Notes: generated from the letters alone by a model not told the origin. A DNA stretch of 63,935 nucleotides, filler included, from Octopus bimaculoides (GCF_001194135.2; 5 parts of 5 records of this genome joined end to end with filler, not necessarily neighbours in it); one strand, 5' to 3'; counted from the first letter of the whole stretch, positions 1 through 13,937 are shown. Made by a program: numbers and translations.

Positions 1-55
1 ATATATATATATATATATATAAATATATGGATACACGCATAAAGGGACATATCCC

Positions 56-111
<56 letters not shown>

Positions 112-115
112 CATA
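1..115. repeat. (AT)n / (AC)n microsatellites
   Basis: Direct reading of dinucleotide runs. Confidence 0.95.
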
Positions 116-1249
116 GATAAACATTTACATACATGTGGTTTCTGATAAGATTTTTCTATATTTTGCATAAATTTAATTAACAAATTTTTAATTTGAACCG
201 CACAGAATATTGATTTCTTAAAAACTTCTGCATCCAAACAAATCAGGAGATTTTTCAATTTGAATGTTTTCAAAATGTGTTTAGAATATGGAAATACGAG
301 ACTTAAAATAAAATTAGCTCGTATATTTGTATTTTATATGGAGACATGATTTATTTTCTAAAATGGTAAATGTAATATTTTATATAGTACTTTAAATCAT
401 TTTCCTTTTAGTCTGTAACTTGCATTGTTGGTGGCTTATAAAATTCTCTTTGTTTTCTATCGGTGCTAAAAAAGAATAATTTTCTCTCATTTCACCATTG
501 ATAAAATCAAAGTTTAAGTCACTATTGAGACAAACGATATGATCCCAAATGTGATTCCAATAACTCTAAGTCCTGTTCTTGTTCATTGCAATTAACACGC
601 ATACAAATTCTGATCTTGAACTGGAAAAAACAAGTTTGTCACTTCTTGTATTATTTAATTTTTTTTTTTGTATTTTCCAACGTATTTCACCGATTTTAGT
701 GAACTGCAAAACTGAACATCAACATTTGCCTTGAAAACATCTCAAAAGTAATTGTGGTAGTGAATTATCTTTCAGCTGATTTTTCGCTGAATCTTTTTAT
801 TCAAAGAGATTCAGTGTGATTGCTTGACACTATTTCAGCTGATAGTATATTATTTCCTTCAGCGAAAGCATTAAAGCTATACTATAATGGAGAAAGCTAT
901 TAATTAATTAGGCATGTAACAATTACTAAAAGTACTAAAAGAAAGCAATATTAAAAGCTTGACCGTCTGGAAATATTTTTATAAATTCATGTTCTAAGAA
1001 ATTGCCTATAATTTAGATTTCTGAAGTTTATTGAAATGTTTTAACTCCAAATTCTCGCAAATTTAAATATTCATTGCATTCGCTGCGTTCAGTTCTTCAT
1101 GAATTTAAATATTCATTGCATTCACTGAGGAGTAGATTTTAATGGTTAATAATAAGCACTATCAATTCGTTGCAGGCAACATCTGACGTTTTTATTTGCA
1201 GCAGTCTCTCATTCTAGCTCGCCCCTATTTTCGTTCATGACGATTTAAT

Positions 1250-1525
1250 AATAGCGATATAACTTTGATACGAGACATAATTTTAAGAATATTATCGGTC
1301 TCCGGAGTTTTTAAAATGAATATTTTTGATAAAATGCAATATTTGTAATATACCGGTATAATTTTTAAGTGATTTTGTGTTGAATGAATGCATGCTATTA
1401 CACAAAATAGCCGTATAACTTTGATACGCGGCACAATTTCCAGAATATCATCAATTTCCAGAGTTTATTAAATGAATATTTTTGATAAAATAAAAATTCT
1501 TTAATATACCGGTGCAATTTTTTTT
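1250..1525 (+). repeat. Diverged tandem repeat, period about 156 bp, upstream of a Helitron remnant
   Basis: ATAACTTTGATACG...ATGAATATTTTTGATAAAAT...TAATATACCGGT occurs at 1259 and again at 1415. Confidence 0.8.
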
Positions 1526-1699
1526 AAAATGAAGAATTGAGTTTGTTAGTATGGCTACTTGGAACGCTATAAACCTTTACAATAATAACTATGTGATCGC
1601 TGCTATTTCAAGCACTCTAAACAAGATAGTTTTTAACGAGCTTTGATTTATATACAATATTCGACTGAAAAAAAAAATTGAGCAGCAAAGACACAACGG

Positions 1700-2735
1700 T
1701 AGAGAGAAAGACGGGCAACCGAATCAGATGAAACCAGGGCAAGCGACTGAAACAGATGTCTGAATATGCACGGAGACGTAGACATGATTCTGTTTCTGTT
1801 ACACATGACCGACTGATTAGGGTATCTCGAGAGGAGAATATTCTACTTCAAAATAATGGTGTCTGATCACAAATTGTTGATGCAACACTAAAGAGATCTT
1901 TTCTTTGCGATCATATGGAAGTAGTGGAGTTGACAACCAATCTAAGACGTTTTACAGAAGGTCATTTTGATGAAAGAAAGTTTGTTAATTACCTTCTTGA
2001 TGTAAGAAATGGTAACATTTCTGTTGAACAAAGCCAAGGTGGATTCAAAATTAAACTACCCAATGACTGTTGCCTTCAAAGTGGTAATGTTTCAGATCTA
2101 TGTGATTTTGTATATGCTGACATCAAAATTCACATCCCCGGTGTGGCTTGCAAATAGAACCATCGTTACTCCAACAAATTAAGCAACACCATTTGTGAAT
2201 GATTTTTTCTTGACCAGGATCCCTGGTGAGCTAAAATATACAGAAGCTCAGATACAGTTGATAATAAAATTATGTAACCAATCGAATTCATCAATAGATT
2301 TACACCATCAGAATTTCCACCACACATTGTCAAACTGAAAGAAAAACGATGCATAATGCTTCTGAGAAATTTAGATGCTACTAATGTTTATTGAAATGGC
2401 ACACTCTACATGATTGTCAGTTTATATGATCCTGTTATTGAGACTGAGGTTGCTGCTGGTCCTTACGCAGGATCAACTCTACTAATCCCAATAATACCAC
2501 ATGTATCTCAAGAAATGGAATTTCCACTTCCATTTACAGGCAAGCGATTTCCTGTCAAGCCAGCTTTTGCCTTGACCTGCAATAAAGCGGAAGGACAGAC
2601 TTTTAAAGAAATTGGAATATTTCTTCCGACACAATTATTCTCAATTGGTCAACTGTATGTTGCATTATTTAGAGTTAAAAAAATGGAAACAGTATGATTA
2701 CTGACAATTGTGTCTACAAGGAGATACTACTTTGA
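1700..2735 (+). mobile_element. Helitron Rep/Hel remnant: N-terminal charged segment fused to a degenerate Pif1-like helicase C-terminus
   Basis: Frameshifted translation gives RERRATESDETRA..RLKQMSEYARRRRH, then IVDATLKRSFL..ELTTNLR, PIEFINRFTPSEFPPH..LLRNLD, RFPVKPAFALTCNKAEGQTF, FSIGQLYVALFRV and TDNCVYKEILL* (stop at 2733-2735). These are the Helitron helicase motifs. Confidence 0.92.
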
Positions 2736-2946
2736 AGCAAAATATGCTTTTCAGCAAGTTTCAGTAAATGGAATTAACACATAAATTTTATATAAAGTAA
2801 CATATAGTTATGTGGAATTAAATTGTTTTGGCATATTTTAACACATGCTTAATGAATGATATCATTATATTACATCATTGGAAATTTGGGTAAATTTGAA
2901 AAAGTAAGGAAACGTAATTCCCAAATGTTCTCACAGCACCTGACGT

Positions 2947-2981
2947 TTGTGTGTGTATCCATCCATCCATCCTCTATCTAA

Positions 2982-3041
<60 letters not shown>

Positions 3042-3042
3042 T

Positions 3043-3104
<62 letters not shown>

Positions 3105-3110
3105 ATCTAT
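2947..3110. repeat. (TCCA)/(TCTA)/(TCTG)n tetranucleotide microsatellite
   Basis: Direct reading. Confidence 0.95.
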
Positions 3111-3804
3111 ATATGCACATCAATGTAAGTTCTATTAGTTTTTAATGTAAGTTCTACCAATTATTAATGATAAATATATATAACAGATTGACTCTTTAAA
3201 AAGATAGATTATGAATGATAGAATAATGAAAGCAATATGTACTAAGCAAGTGAGCACTATTACACAAAGAAATAATTAGACGCAAAATATCATAAAACGT
3301 ATTAGAACTGGGAATTAAATGTCGAAATATTATGGAGTGGCTAGTAGTAAACCTGCTAGTAAACATAAGGTAGATATGTTTTTGCCGTTTAAATCGTGTT
3401 TCTGAATCACTGAGAGCTTAGTTAATTTTATGCAGAATTATGTCTCTTTGAAATACCTGTTCTACATGTGCAACAATTAACATGATAAACTTTTTGCAAA
3501 TAGAATCATTAAAGCAAATTCATGTTCTCTAGAGAGCACTGTATCTGATGAACCAGAACTTACATATTAGATTCAGTTCAAGAGCAGTTTTTAAGTGTGT
3601 TGATGTAATGTTTCTTGAATATCAAAATCAACTTTGTCTGAAACACTGGAATATTGTTAGCCACGAAATATATTTGTAGATACATATAGTCATCATCTAG
3701 AACTGCAAGAAATAACTCAGCGAGGTTGCTCCTCTATATAAATTAAGATATCTACCATTCAGTATAAATTTTAATAATCTCCAAAAGATTCATCTTGAAA
3801 AAAT

Positions 3805-3960
3805 GTTTGTGCCTGTGTGGTAAGAAACTTGCTGCCCAACCACACGGTTCCGAGTTCAGTTCTACTGCGTGGCACCTTGGGTAAGTGACTTCTGCAATAG
3901 CTTCTGTCTGACCAAAGACGATTTGGTATGCTGAAAAAACCCGTCCTACACACACACACG
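3805..3960 (+). mobile_element. Octopus-type tRNA-derived SINE, family A (5' half)
   Basis: GTGGTAAGAAACTTGC...GGTTCCGAGTTCAGT...GCGTGGCACCTTGGGTAAGTG head with Pol III A/B-box-like motifs; homologous to 5958-6120. Confidence 0.85.
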
Positions 3961-3999
3961 CACGCCCCCCCCCCACACATATATATATAAAGCAACAAA

Positions 4000-4460
4000 A
4001 AATGGGAACAAGTACGTAACAGGTGATAACAAAACAACCTGACACAGTTAGATGATACAAAGAAGGACAGCAAAAAACAAGGGCAGGTCATTCGGAGCTT
4101 TCTATCGTCAGTCGAGTTCCTGATCGCCTCTGCAGTTTCGGCTAGTTACTCTCGAGACTGCTCTAATCTGGCCTGCCCCTAGTAAGAACACTAGATTCTT
4201 TGGAAGAAAGCAAGCGAAAAAAAGAACAAATGATACTTAATTACAAATACAAAAACAAGACATTAATAACAGGTGTGTATCAACTAAGGACGAATTAAAT
4301 TAAGCTAGCGTGTTTGGTGTGAAGCCTTACGGTAGGAACATAAGAGATGACAGTCATGGGAAGGAATATACGATATGCTACATAGATGGCAGTCGAACCA
4401 AGAAAGAAAGGTCAGACTTGGCGGAATACCGGTCACATGGAAGGAGATGAGAGAGGTAGG
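4000..4460 (-). mobile_element. Non-coding interspersed repeat, possibly Penelope pLTR-derived
   Basis: GC-richer island with CTGACGA and CCGAAAC motifs on the minus strand; no ORF; family assignment is inference only. Confidence 0.3.
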
Positions 4461-4665
4461 AGGCAGTGGGAGTGAAGAATTAGGGAAAGAGGAGAAAGAA
4501 AGAAAAAGAAAGGAAAGGAAATAGAGTAAGGTACAAGGGAGGTAAAAGAGGAAAGAAAGTAATGAGAATGAAGAGGAGGCCAAGTAGTGTGAGAGAGAGA
4601 GGGAGAAGTGGAAAAACGAAGAAAGTGTGAAGGAGGCTAAAAGAAAGAGTAAAAGAGTCGTACAG

Positions 4666-4696
<31 letters not shown>

Positions 4697-4919
4697 NNNN
4701 NNNNNNNNNNNNNNNNNNNNNNNNNNNNNNNNNNNNNNNNNNNNNNNNNNNNNNNNNNNNNNNNNNNNNNNNNNNNNNNNNNNNNNNNNNNNNNNNNNNN
4801 NNNNNNNNNNNNNNNNNNNNNNTATATACTCATAGAGTACGCCGCTATATGTATATATATCCGAGTTTGTCAGATTGAGTATAGAAGAATATATCAATCA
4901 TTGAAAATCCAATGATTAA

Positions 4920-4976
<57 letters not shown>

Positions 4977-5098
4977 GTCTGTCTGTCTGTCTGTCTGTCT
5001 GTCCGCCCGTCTGTCTTTCTGTCTATCTGTCTGCCTGTCTGTCTGTCTGTCTGTCTCTCTATCTATGTATGCATGTGTGTGTATGTTTGCATGTATGC

Positions 5099-5193
<95 letters not shown>

Positions 5194-5194
5194 G

Positions 5195-5405
5195 GTGTCT
5201 GTGTTTGTCCTCCCTGTCCCTGGCTGACAGTTGAAGTTGGTATGTTTACGTCCCCGTAACTAGCAATTTAGCAAAAGAGACCGATAGGATAAGCATCAGG
5301 CTAAATAAATAAGTCCCGGGGTCGATTTGTGCGACTAAAACCCTTCAATGTGGTGCTCCAGCATGGTCACCTTCAACTGACTGAAACATGTAAAAGAATA
5401 TCAGA
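5195..5405 (+). mobile_element. SINE family A (3' half)
   Basis: GTTTACGTCCCCGTAAC...GACCGATAGGATAAG...GGGGTCGATTTG...GTGCTCCAGCATGG...ACTGAAACATGTAAAAGA; matches 6200-6392. Confidence 0.85.
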
Positions 5406-5957
5406 ATACAAGAATATTCTTGCTTCAGGAGAGAAATTATTGAATCTTGCAGAATACATCCTTTTATCAGTAGCTGAAATTACTCTAGGGACACTGACTT
5501 GGTTTGTAATGTTACCATTCCATTTGAAGAGCACTTACATTGAGCTATTTTTATCTATTGGTTCAGACTAGAAATATTTTAGAGATAATGTATAAAAATA
5601 GGGTCAAATTTATAAGCTATTCAATTTCTATATTCAGATATGGCGCTTTCTTCAAATTTCCACACTTCGTTGCTTGGTGTTTAATTTCTTGTCTTGCTTT
5701 CTTGATGTCAGTTACCCCTTTCTACTATAATTTGTCATGTTAATTAATTACCTCACATCGATTGGAGTCGATTTTCTCGTTTGGTCGTACGAATACTATT
5801 CCCTGGTGATCACTCTAGTCTACCAATGTATTGAATGTCTTTTCGAATAATATTCTAATTTAGAAATCTTAGAAGAGTTTAGTAGCTCGATCTTGAGAAA
5901 GAAATTCTCAGACAATAATTGAAATTTGTAACCATCGAGTGAGGAAAGAAATTTATC

Positions 5958-6114
5958 GGCGTTGTTATGTGGTAAGAAGCTTGCTTCCCAGCCAAATGGT
6001 TCCGGGTTCAGTCCTAAAACAAGGCCCGCTTGGGCAAGTGTCTTGTACTATAGCCTTGGGCCGACAAAAACCTTGTAAGTGGATTTGGTAGAGGGAAACT
6101 GAAAGAAGCCCGTC

Positions 6115-6162
<48 letters not shown>

Positions 6163-6392
6163 TGCATATGCGCATGTGTGTATGTTTGTGTCAATATTTG
6201 ACCCTCACCATCGCTTCACACCCGATGTTGGTGTGTTTATGTACTCGTAACCAAGCGGTTTCTAAAATAGATCGATAGAATAAGCACCAGGATATAATAA
6301 TACGTACTGGGGTCGATTCATTCGACTAAATATTCTTCAAGGCGCTGCCACAACATGGTCACGGTCTAATAACTGAAACAAGTAAAAGAACA
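5958..6392 (+). mobile_element. SINE family A, near full length, with internal (TA)n
   Basis: tRNA-like head, central microsatellite, and 3' end ACTGAAACAAGTAAAAGA. Confidence 0.88.
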
Positions 6393-6688
6393 TTATGGAA
6401 ATAAATATAACATTTTCTTTTTCCAAAATGCACATTTAGGATCTGATTCTGGAACGTAATGATGCCTATTGGATTTTCGCGCCCTATCAGACGGGCACCT
6501 GATCAATTTCATAAATTGTAGTACATAACTTCGAAATTATAGTGGATCATATTCGACATTAGGCAAAATTGAAAATTTTTTTTAGTAAATGAATATTTAT
6601 ATACATACATACATACATACATACATACATAGAAAAACACACACATATATATAAGATCAAAATAAGGAGCATGATATCAAGAAATAAA

Positions 6689-6772
6689 GCAGTACTACCG
6701 TTTCAAGCGGCTTCATTTAATTGAACAATGCAATCATTACATCAATTTAAATGCAGCGCTATCATCAGCTGC
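6689..6772 (-). ncRNA. Type I hammerhead ribozyme (Penelope-type minimal stem III, long stem II)
   Basis: Minus strand: GCAG-CUGAUGA-U-[AGCGCUGCAUUUAAAUUGA...UCAAUUAAAUGAAGCCGCUU]-GAAAC-GGUA-GUA^CUGC. Core intact; stem I GCAG/CUGC. Confidence 0.75.
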
Positions 6773-6966
6773 ACAAATAAATAGGATTTTAATCAGTCGG
6801 ACACAGTAATATAATTTTACTCAAATACTTTAACAGAGCAAGAAGATGGAAGAAATTCATGTTGTCGCTATTGTAGCTAAGAATATACTACACTTCCAAG
6901 AAAGGCATGAAGCTTACTGGAGTCATAGCTTGTAAAGGATTGTGTGGTTCATTTCTNNNNNNNNNN

Positions 6967-7310
6967 TCAATTTCACGAGCAGGTTGTTCCCTTGATCGGA
7001 TCAACTGGAGCCCTCATCGCCGTAAGCGACGGAATGCCAATATATATATATATATGTATGTATGTTATGGGTACAAGTGTCTTTGGAGCGTTCAGCCGCA
7101 TGTACGTCAATTTCACGAGCAGGTTGTTCCCTTGATCGGATCAACTGGAGCCCTCATCGCCGTAAGCGACGGAATGCCAATATATATATATATATGTTCA
7201 ACGGAACAACCGGTTCGTGAAATTAGCGTCCATGTGGCTGACCACTCCACAGACACGTGTACCCATAACGTAGTTCTCAGGGATATTTAGCGTAACACAG
7301 ATTGTGACAA
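6967..7310. repeat. Direct and inverted copies of a SINE-like repeat fragment
   Basis: TCAATTTCACGAGCAGG...GGAATGCCAA occurs at 6967 and 7107; 7197-7269 is a diverged reverse complement of 7064-7135. Confidence 0.85.
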
Positions 7311-7315
7311 GGCTA

Positions 7316-7362
<47 letters not shown>

Positions 7363-7479
7363 GAAAATACATATATATGTGTATATATGTATATACGTGT
7401 GTGTGTGCGTGCGTGCGTGCGTGTGTGTGTGTATGCGTATTTATACTTTGTGCCACATGCGCTTCTTTGCGTCACATGG

Positions 7480-7849
7480 GGTCAACCCTCCCCCTCTCTC
7501 CTCTCTTCCTCTCACACCTACTTCCTCCCACACACCTCCCTTGCTCTGACACCTCCTTCCTCTCTTCACTCTTACCTACCTTAAACCTTCCACCCTCTCC
7601 CTTCATCGTTACCCATCCCTCGTTACTCCACCCCTACACATTCAACCCCACCATCCCTATACATCCCATCCCACCCTATCCCATCGTTTAGACCCAACCT
7701 TTGATTCCCCACACCCCTACGCCACCATACCACACCACACCACACACTACCACACCACACACCACCACACCACACCACCACACCACACACCACCATACCA
7801 CAACACAGCACATCACACAACCCCGCAGACACTAGTACCAACCACTTTC
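7480..7849. repeat. C-rich low complexity / (CACCA)n
   Basis: Direct reading; abuts an N gap. Confidence 0.85.
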
Positions 7850-9789
7850 NNNNNNNNNNNNNNNNNNNNNNNNNNNNNNNNNNNNNNNNNNNNNNNNNNN
7901 NNNNNNNNNNNNNNNNNNNNNNNNNNNNNNNNNNNNNNNNNNNNNNNNNNNNNNNNNNNNNNNNNNNNNNNNNNNNNNNNNNNNNNNNNNNNNNNNNNNN
8001 NNNNNNNNNNNNNNNNNNNNNNNNNNNNNNNNNNNNNNNNNNNNNNNNNNNNNNNNNNNNNNNNNNNNNNNNNNNNNNNNNNNNNNNNNNNNNNNNNNNN
8101 NNNNNNNNNNNNNNNNNNNNNNNNNNNNNNNNNNNNNNNNNNNNNNNNNNNNNNNNNNNNNNNNNNNNNNNNNNNNNNNNNNNNNNNNNNNNNNNNNNNN
8201 NNNNNNNNNNNNNNNNNNNNNNNNNNNNNNNNNNNNNNNNNNNNNNNNNNNNNNNNNNNNNNNNNNNNNNNNNNNNNNNNNNNNNNNNNNNNNNNNNNNN
8301 NNNNNNNNNNNNNNNNNNNNNNNNNNNNNNNNNNNNNNNNNNNNNNNNNNNNNNNNNNNNNNNNNNNNNNNNNNNNNNNNNNNNNNNNNNNNNNNNNNNN
8401 NNNNNNNNNNNNNNNNNNNNNNNNNNNNNNNNNNNNNNNNNNNNNNNNNNNNNNNNNNNNNNNNNNNNNNNNNNNNNNNNNNNNNNNNNNNNNNNNNNNN
8501 NNNNNNNNNNNNNNNNNNNNNNNNNNNNNNNNNNNNNNNNNNNNNNNNNNNNNNNNNNNNNNNNNNNNNNNNNNNNNNNNNNATATATATATGTATTTAT
8601 ATGTATGTATGTATGTATGTATGCATGTATATACACACATTCAAGCAGTGGTTCGGCTCGCGCAATTCAGAAAAGGTAGCCAGACAAGAGTGATAACGTC
8701 GAGCCCTAATTGCATGTGAAAACTAAGAATGTCAGTCACCAAACTGAAAGAGAAATCAGGACTCACTGGCCCTACTTATCTCGAAAAGAGCATGAAAATG
8801 CAACGAGAGATGCGAAGAACGGTGGTTGTTTCTGATGCTCCTTATCTGTAGGCATAAAGAGGGAGATATTCCTTCCTTCCTTCCTTCCTTCCTTCCTTCC
8901 TTCCTTCCTTCCTTCCTTCTTTCCTTCCTCCTATTCTTATTTCCTTTTATTCATTCATTCTTTCATTTATGTCTGCACATGTGCACACGTATATACGCAT
9001 ACGCAGGTACCCGAATGTATAAGGAATAAAAGTAAGTCGATTTAAATTTACTTAATTGATAATTCACTAGATAATCAATATGATTATTTTGAACTGATCC
9101 AAGTTATATATATATATATAAGATTATAGTGTATTGTCTTCAAAATTAACATATACAAGGCAAAAAGCATTTAGGCAATACATGACGAATGCTGTGAATG
9201 CCAAAGCACAGAATATATTAAGAGTAATTGGTTTTCTCTTCCACATAATCAGACATATTTATATGCACACACACACACACACATACACACACACACATAC
9301 ACACACACATGCTCGCACGCAGGCACGGACGGACATACACACATGTTTGAAAAGAATGAGACAAATATTTTCTAAAAAGGTATTGTACGTGCAAGCTATA
9401 TAGAAATAGATTTAGAAGAAAACAAATTTAACATTAATATTTTTCTTAAAAACAAAATCTATTTGTTTTTCATTCTCTTGAATGTTTTGTTTCTAAAAAG
9501 ACTAATCGTATTCAACAAAACAAATGCTTTAAAATTTTTTGTATATGTATATGTTGCAAAACAAAGTTCTATATTCATGTACATACACGTGTTAAATACA
9601 TATTTATATGCATAAACGTATAAAGCCTACTCTAATGTATTTTTTTGATAATTTGATATATTCAATAAAATTAATATCATAAAGTAACAAGTAGCCCGCT
9701 TAAAGGAAAATAATAATCACATAGAGTGCTGAAAATGAGATATCTCTTTAAAAATGTATTCACAATGCAGCGAATAGTAAGACGGTATA

Positions 9790-10050
9790 CAATTGGTTAA
9801 GAGTGTGCATGTTTTAGTGTGCAGGATGTTGCATTCAGGATCGCAAGATCGTGGTTTCAATTCCTGGGCCAGATAGGTCGTTGTGTTCTTGAGGACAAAA
9901 ACTTCATCTCATTTCTACTTCTGACTCATGGTACGCCGTGCAGCTGTTCAGGAAACTTCAATATGATGGAGGGAGCGAACTAATGTAGAGCATATTTGAT
10001 CATTATATACTAATCATTTATGCAAGTTTTTCAGCAATAAATTTCCGAAC
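9790..10050 (+). mobile_element. tRNA-derived SINE, a third family (decayed)
   Basis: TTGGTTAAGAGTG...GATCGCAAGATCGTGGTTTCAATTCCTGGG...GTTGTGTTCTTGAG..AAAACTTCAT is a tRNA-like head with a B-box. Confidence 0.65.
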
Positions 10051-11324
10051 CGTCTTTTCCAGACTCCGAGAGACTACTGTCCATCCATTCAATTGATCTA
10101 CCAAGGCAAGTGTGCATTTACGTTCACACAATTAGGAAAAAATGGGTTGAGAATAGCTATACAAAATATGACTGACTCCACAGTATAACTCCTACCCCAA
10201 CAAATTCTGTCTCATTTTCCCATGTTATGAAATTTCACGTTGTCTATGACCTGCTTCGTGACAAGATCTGCTACTATGCCAAATTTCAGCTATGTAAATG
10301 TATAACCTGGGTCTATAATTTTCAACGTCCGTCCTTCCGTCCATCCTTCAATTCATCTATGTTTTTGCTATAGTAGGAAGCAATTGTAACCGACAATAAT
10401 TCTCACAAGATTTTCCATCTACTTTCTTTTCACGTGATGAAATTGTCCGCATTTGTAAATTCATTTGGGATTCAGCAATTTAAAGAATCAGAGAAAAAGC
10501 CTGAATTTGTGTGTTAGTCCCACTTGTTTTAGTAATTCAAAAGGGATTTTGTCAATTCCTGCAAATTTTCCTGGTTTCATAATGTTGGCGGCATTATGTA
10601 TTATTAATTGGAATCTTACACTTGGAATACATCGTTGTGAATCCTTTCCTTTCCTACTTATTGAACTACTCAAGTAAAATAATGTTTAAATACTTTCAAA
10701 CTATTACGCTCTATCTTCACTTACACAAATTTCACACATCATTCAAAGCAATTTAATTATAACGTCAAGTTTAAATTTTATTTCCCTTTAACTAACTCAT
10801 AATTTCAGTCGATTTCTCTGTTATTACAGTACAGTTTCTGTAGCCAATGTGCAGCTAATTAAAGGGACAAGATCTCAAAGGCTACTTCTGAGATGTTATT
10901 TTGATTTTCTTTAAAGATTTCTATTTTTATTTTTCTATATTTCAGATATAGAAAAATGAAATATTCAAAGGTTTGATTCATTGCACGTCATCACATCATT
11001 TTAACGTTGAAATGTCATTTTGTCTTAACATTCACGATGAAGCAATATTTACATAACTGCTTCATTTTCTTTTATTCAACTAAAGTTAGTATTCTGCTAT
11101 TTTGTTAAAGCTTTTAATTAGCAATAAGTACTGTTCACACTAATATTCATTTCATTGTTTTCAGATTTCAACGTGCTCCAAAGTTTTAAATATATAATAG
11201 CGCTTAGCTAGTATTTCATGTAACTGCCTGACAAGACACAAACCGATCTGGGGAAATTTTCCCTCTAACAGTTTATTGCTACACGTATGCCCACACGCCC
11301 ACACACAAACACACACACACGAAT

Positions 11325-11357
<33 letters not shown>

Positions 11358-12120
11358 TATGCACAAACAAAAGTATGTCTATTTAAAGTTTGACATATCA
11401 CTTGCGCTATGGAAACATCCCTTCATCAGTTGTCGGTTGAAAGTTTCGGCAGTTCTAATAGTGTATCTCTCTAGGGGTATCAAAGAGCATGAGTACTTTC
11501 AGTTAACGTACGGATTACTTTGGCGCAGAGTGTAGCAGACTTCTTTTTCCTGCTACCATCCAAGAGATTTAACCATACTCCAACCACGCAGCAGCTATTC
11601 TAATATATTCTTCACTTAGAATTTACTGTTCTCACTTTCAATTTCAATTGTGAAGCACTTTCTGGTGCGTTTTTTTATTTCACAAAAAAAAAAAACTACG
11701 CAGATGTAGTAATGCTCGCTGTGGATTTACTTACAATTCAATAGCAACTCAATTTCACAACAAGCGCCGTACACTACCAAAGAGACTTACACTATACCAG
11801 ATCCGTCTTTACATGTGACCATTCCCTATTACCATTCCAATGCACTGGCATGTTACCAATTAAGACGTTTGTTTAGTGACGTCAGACCATGATACAATGT
11901 TAAGGAGTCTGGATGTGTTCTTTCATTATGAATTGGAAAAAGGGAAACTTCTTCAAGTTCTCCTGCTCTACTACGTAATTTAGCACAATACAGACATTTT
12001 GACATACACACATGTACATATTTATATGTAGTTGTGTGTACCGAAGAAAGAATGCGGTTTGTTGGGAAGGCTCACCAGAAAATGAAGTTGTTGAGCGATT
12101 GACAATAATAATAATCCCAG

Positions 12121-12157
<37 letters not shown>

Positions 12158-12171
12158 TATCTACAAATGTA

Positions 12172-12515
<344 letters not shown>

Positions 12516-13573
12516 AACGAAGGACCAACAAACAGAAATGGAGGTGTTAACTATATGCCCAGAGCGTCGCAGAAGTTTTAGCTGTCACGATTTTCTTCAG
12601 GAGGCTTGAAGGAAATCGTGAAACTTGAAAAGTTGAAACACCAGTCAGGCTACTACCTAGAATGAAACTAATATAATCTATATTAATATATATGGAATAC
12701 TTTACTGTTTAACTAGTGATCTTAGTCTTTGGATTGAAAAACATATATATGCATATACATCTACATATATATTATCATAAATAAGTATACGCAAGTCTTG
12801 AGAAATTCATCTATGTATGTATGTATGTATGTATGTATGTATGTATGTATGTATGTATGTATCTATCTATCTATCTATATTAGTAATAAGATTCATTAGA
12901 ATCTAGGCACATTAACATGCAGGACGCCAGAAATAGCTAGGTGCAATAACAGAGAGTTCACTGTGAGGTACAACAATTATGAACATATCAGGTGTTGTAG
13001 GTTACTGTAGGTGTGTAAGTTCTAAATCCAACTTAAAGCGCAGATCCGACTCAGAGAGGGGTCTAGGGGTGGCGTAAGTGTAAAAAAGGGGCGGCGTAAG
13101 TGTAAAAACACCAACGCGGTTTGAAACGTACCATAACTCTTTCGGTATACGTTTATTGTATTCATAATTGTATATAATTCACCATCTTCAGGTAAAATTC
13201 TATACAGGTATAAAGAGGTCTGTATTACCAGTTTTGTTTTCTAATTGAGATAACTGTTTTGAAATAATAGAGTCGCTTGATCTCTTTGCTTCTCACATGC
13301 CTATTATAACCAAATAATAGAGTAGTTTGATCTCTCTACTTCTCACATATCTGTTACAGCCTTTCCTTGTAATTTCTCTATAAATTCGAATTTCTAAATT
13401 ACCACTTTTCGAATAATGTTGGTTGGATTCATCAACAATCAGTTGTTGGATTATATGCTGTGACTCTACTGAAACAGTTGTCGTAATATAAATATAACGT
13501 TGGTAACCAAGAGGAGGGTGGAGATTTTATTGACATCCAAAACCTTAAAAGTTTTCTACAGCGTATACATCTC

Positions 13574-13656
13574 ACCTACATATGTTTCGACTGCAGCAAC
13601 TGCACATTGCTTTGTATACAATTATGTATTTTAGTCGCTGAAATTTCATCAAGGGT
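13574..13656 (-). ncRNA. Degenerate hammerhead ribozyme with 13-bp stem II
   Basis: ACCC-UUGAUGA-[AAUUUCAGCGACU...AGUUGCUGCAGUC]-GAAAC-AUAU-GUA^GGU; 11 of 13 stem II positions pair; palindromic ACAUAUGU stem III. Confidence 0.55.
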
Positions 13657-13823
13657 CCATCACTCACTATGTTTTCGAAGTGAACTAATTGAAACAAGCC
13701 TCCTGTATTCGTATTCAGTTCAAGGTAGTAGCATTACTGCTTATATTCTATGGAATGATGATCTTATAATCACCTCTGCTGGTATTAAGGTAGAAGTGTC
13801 GTTTTGAAAAACAAATAAATACA

Positions 13824-13856
<33 letters not shown>

Positions 13857-13880
13857 TAAGAGAGAGNNNNNNNNNNAGAA

Positions 13881-13937
<57 letters not shown>

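Noticed and set aside
480-900. Possible hAT C-terminal remnant (SAER*F, ..KLVFFQFK) on the minus strand
   Set aside because: Too decayed to support a call.
4085-4165. CTGACGA and CCGAAAC motifs as a hammerhead
   Set aside because: The motifs are in the wrong order or lack a pairing stem I; GAAU replaces GAAA.
11400-11460. CUGAUGA plus GAAAC on the minus strand (type II hammerhead?)
   Set aside because: Neither stem I nor stem II pairs convincingly.
11780-11990. Perfect GT|GTAAGT donor on the minus strand at about 11788
   Set aside because: All three upstream frames contain stops and there is no clear acceptor; a non-coding exon cannot be excluded.
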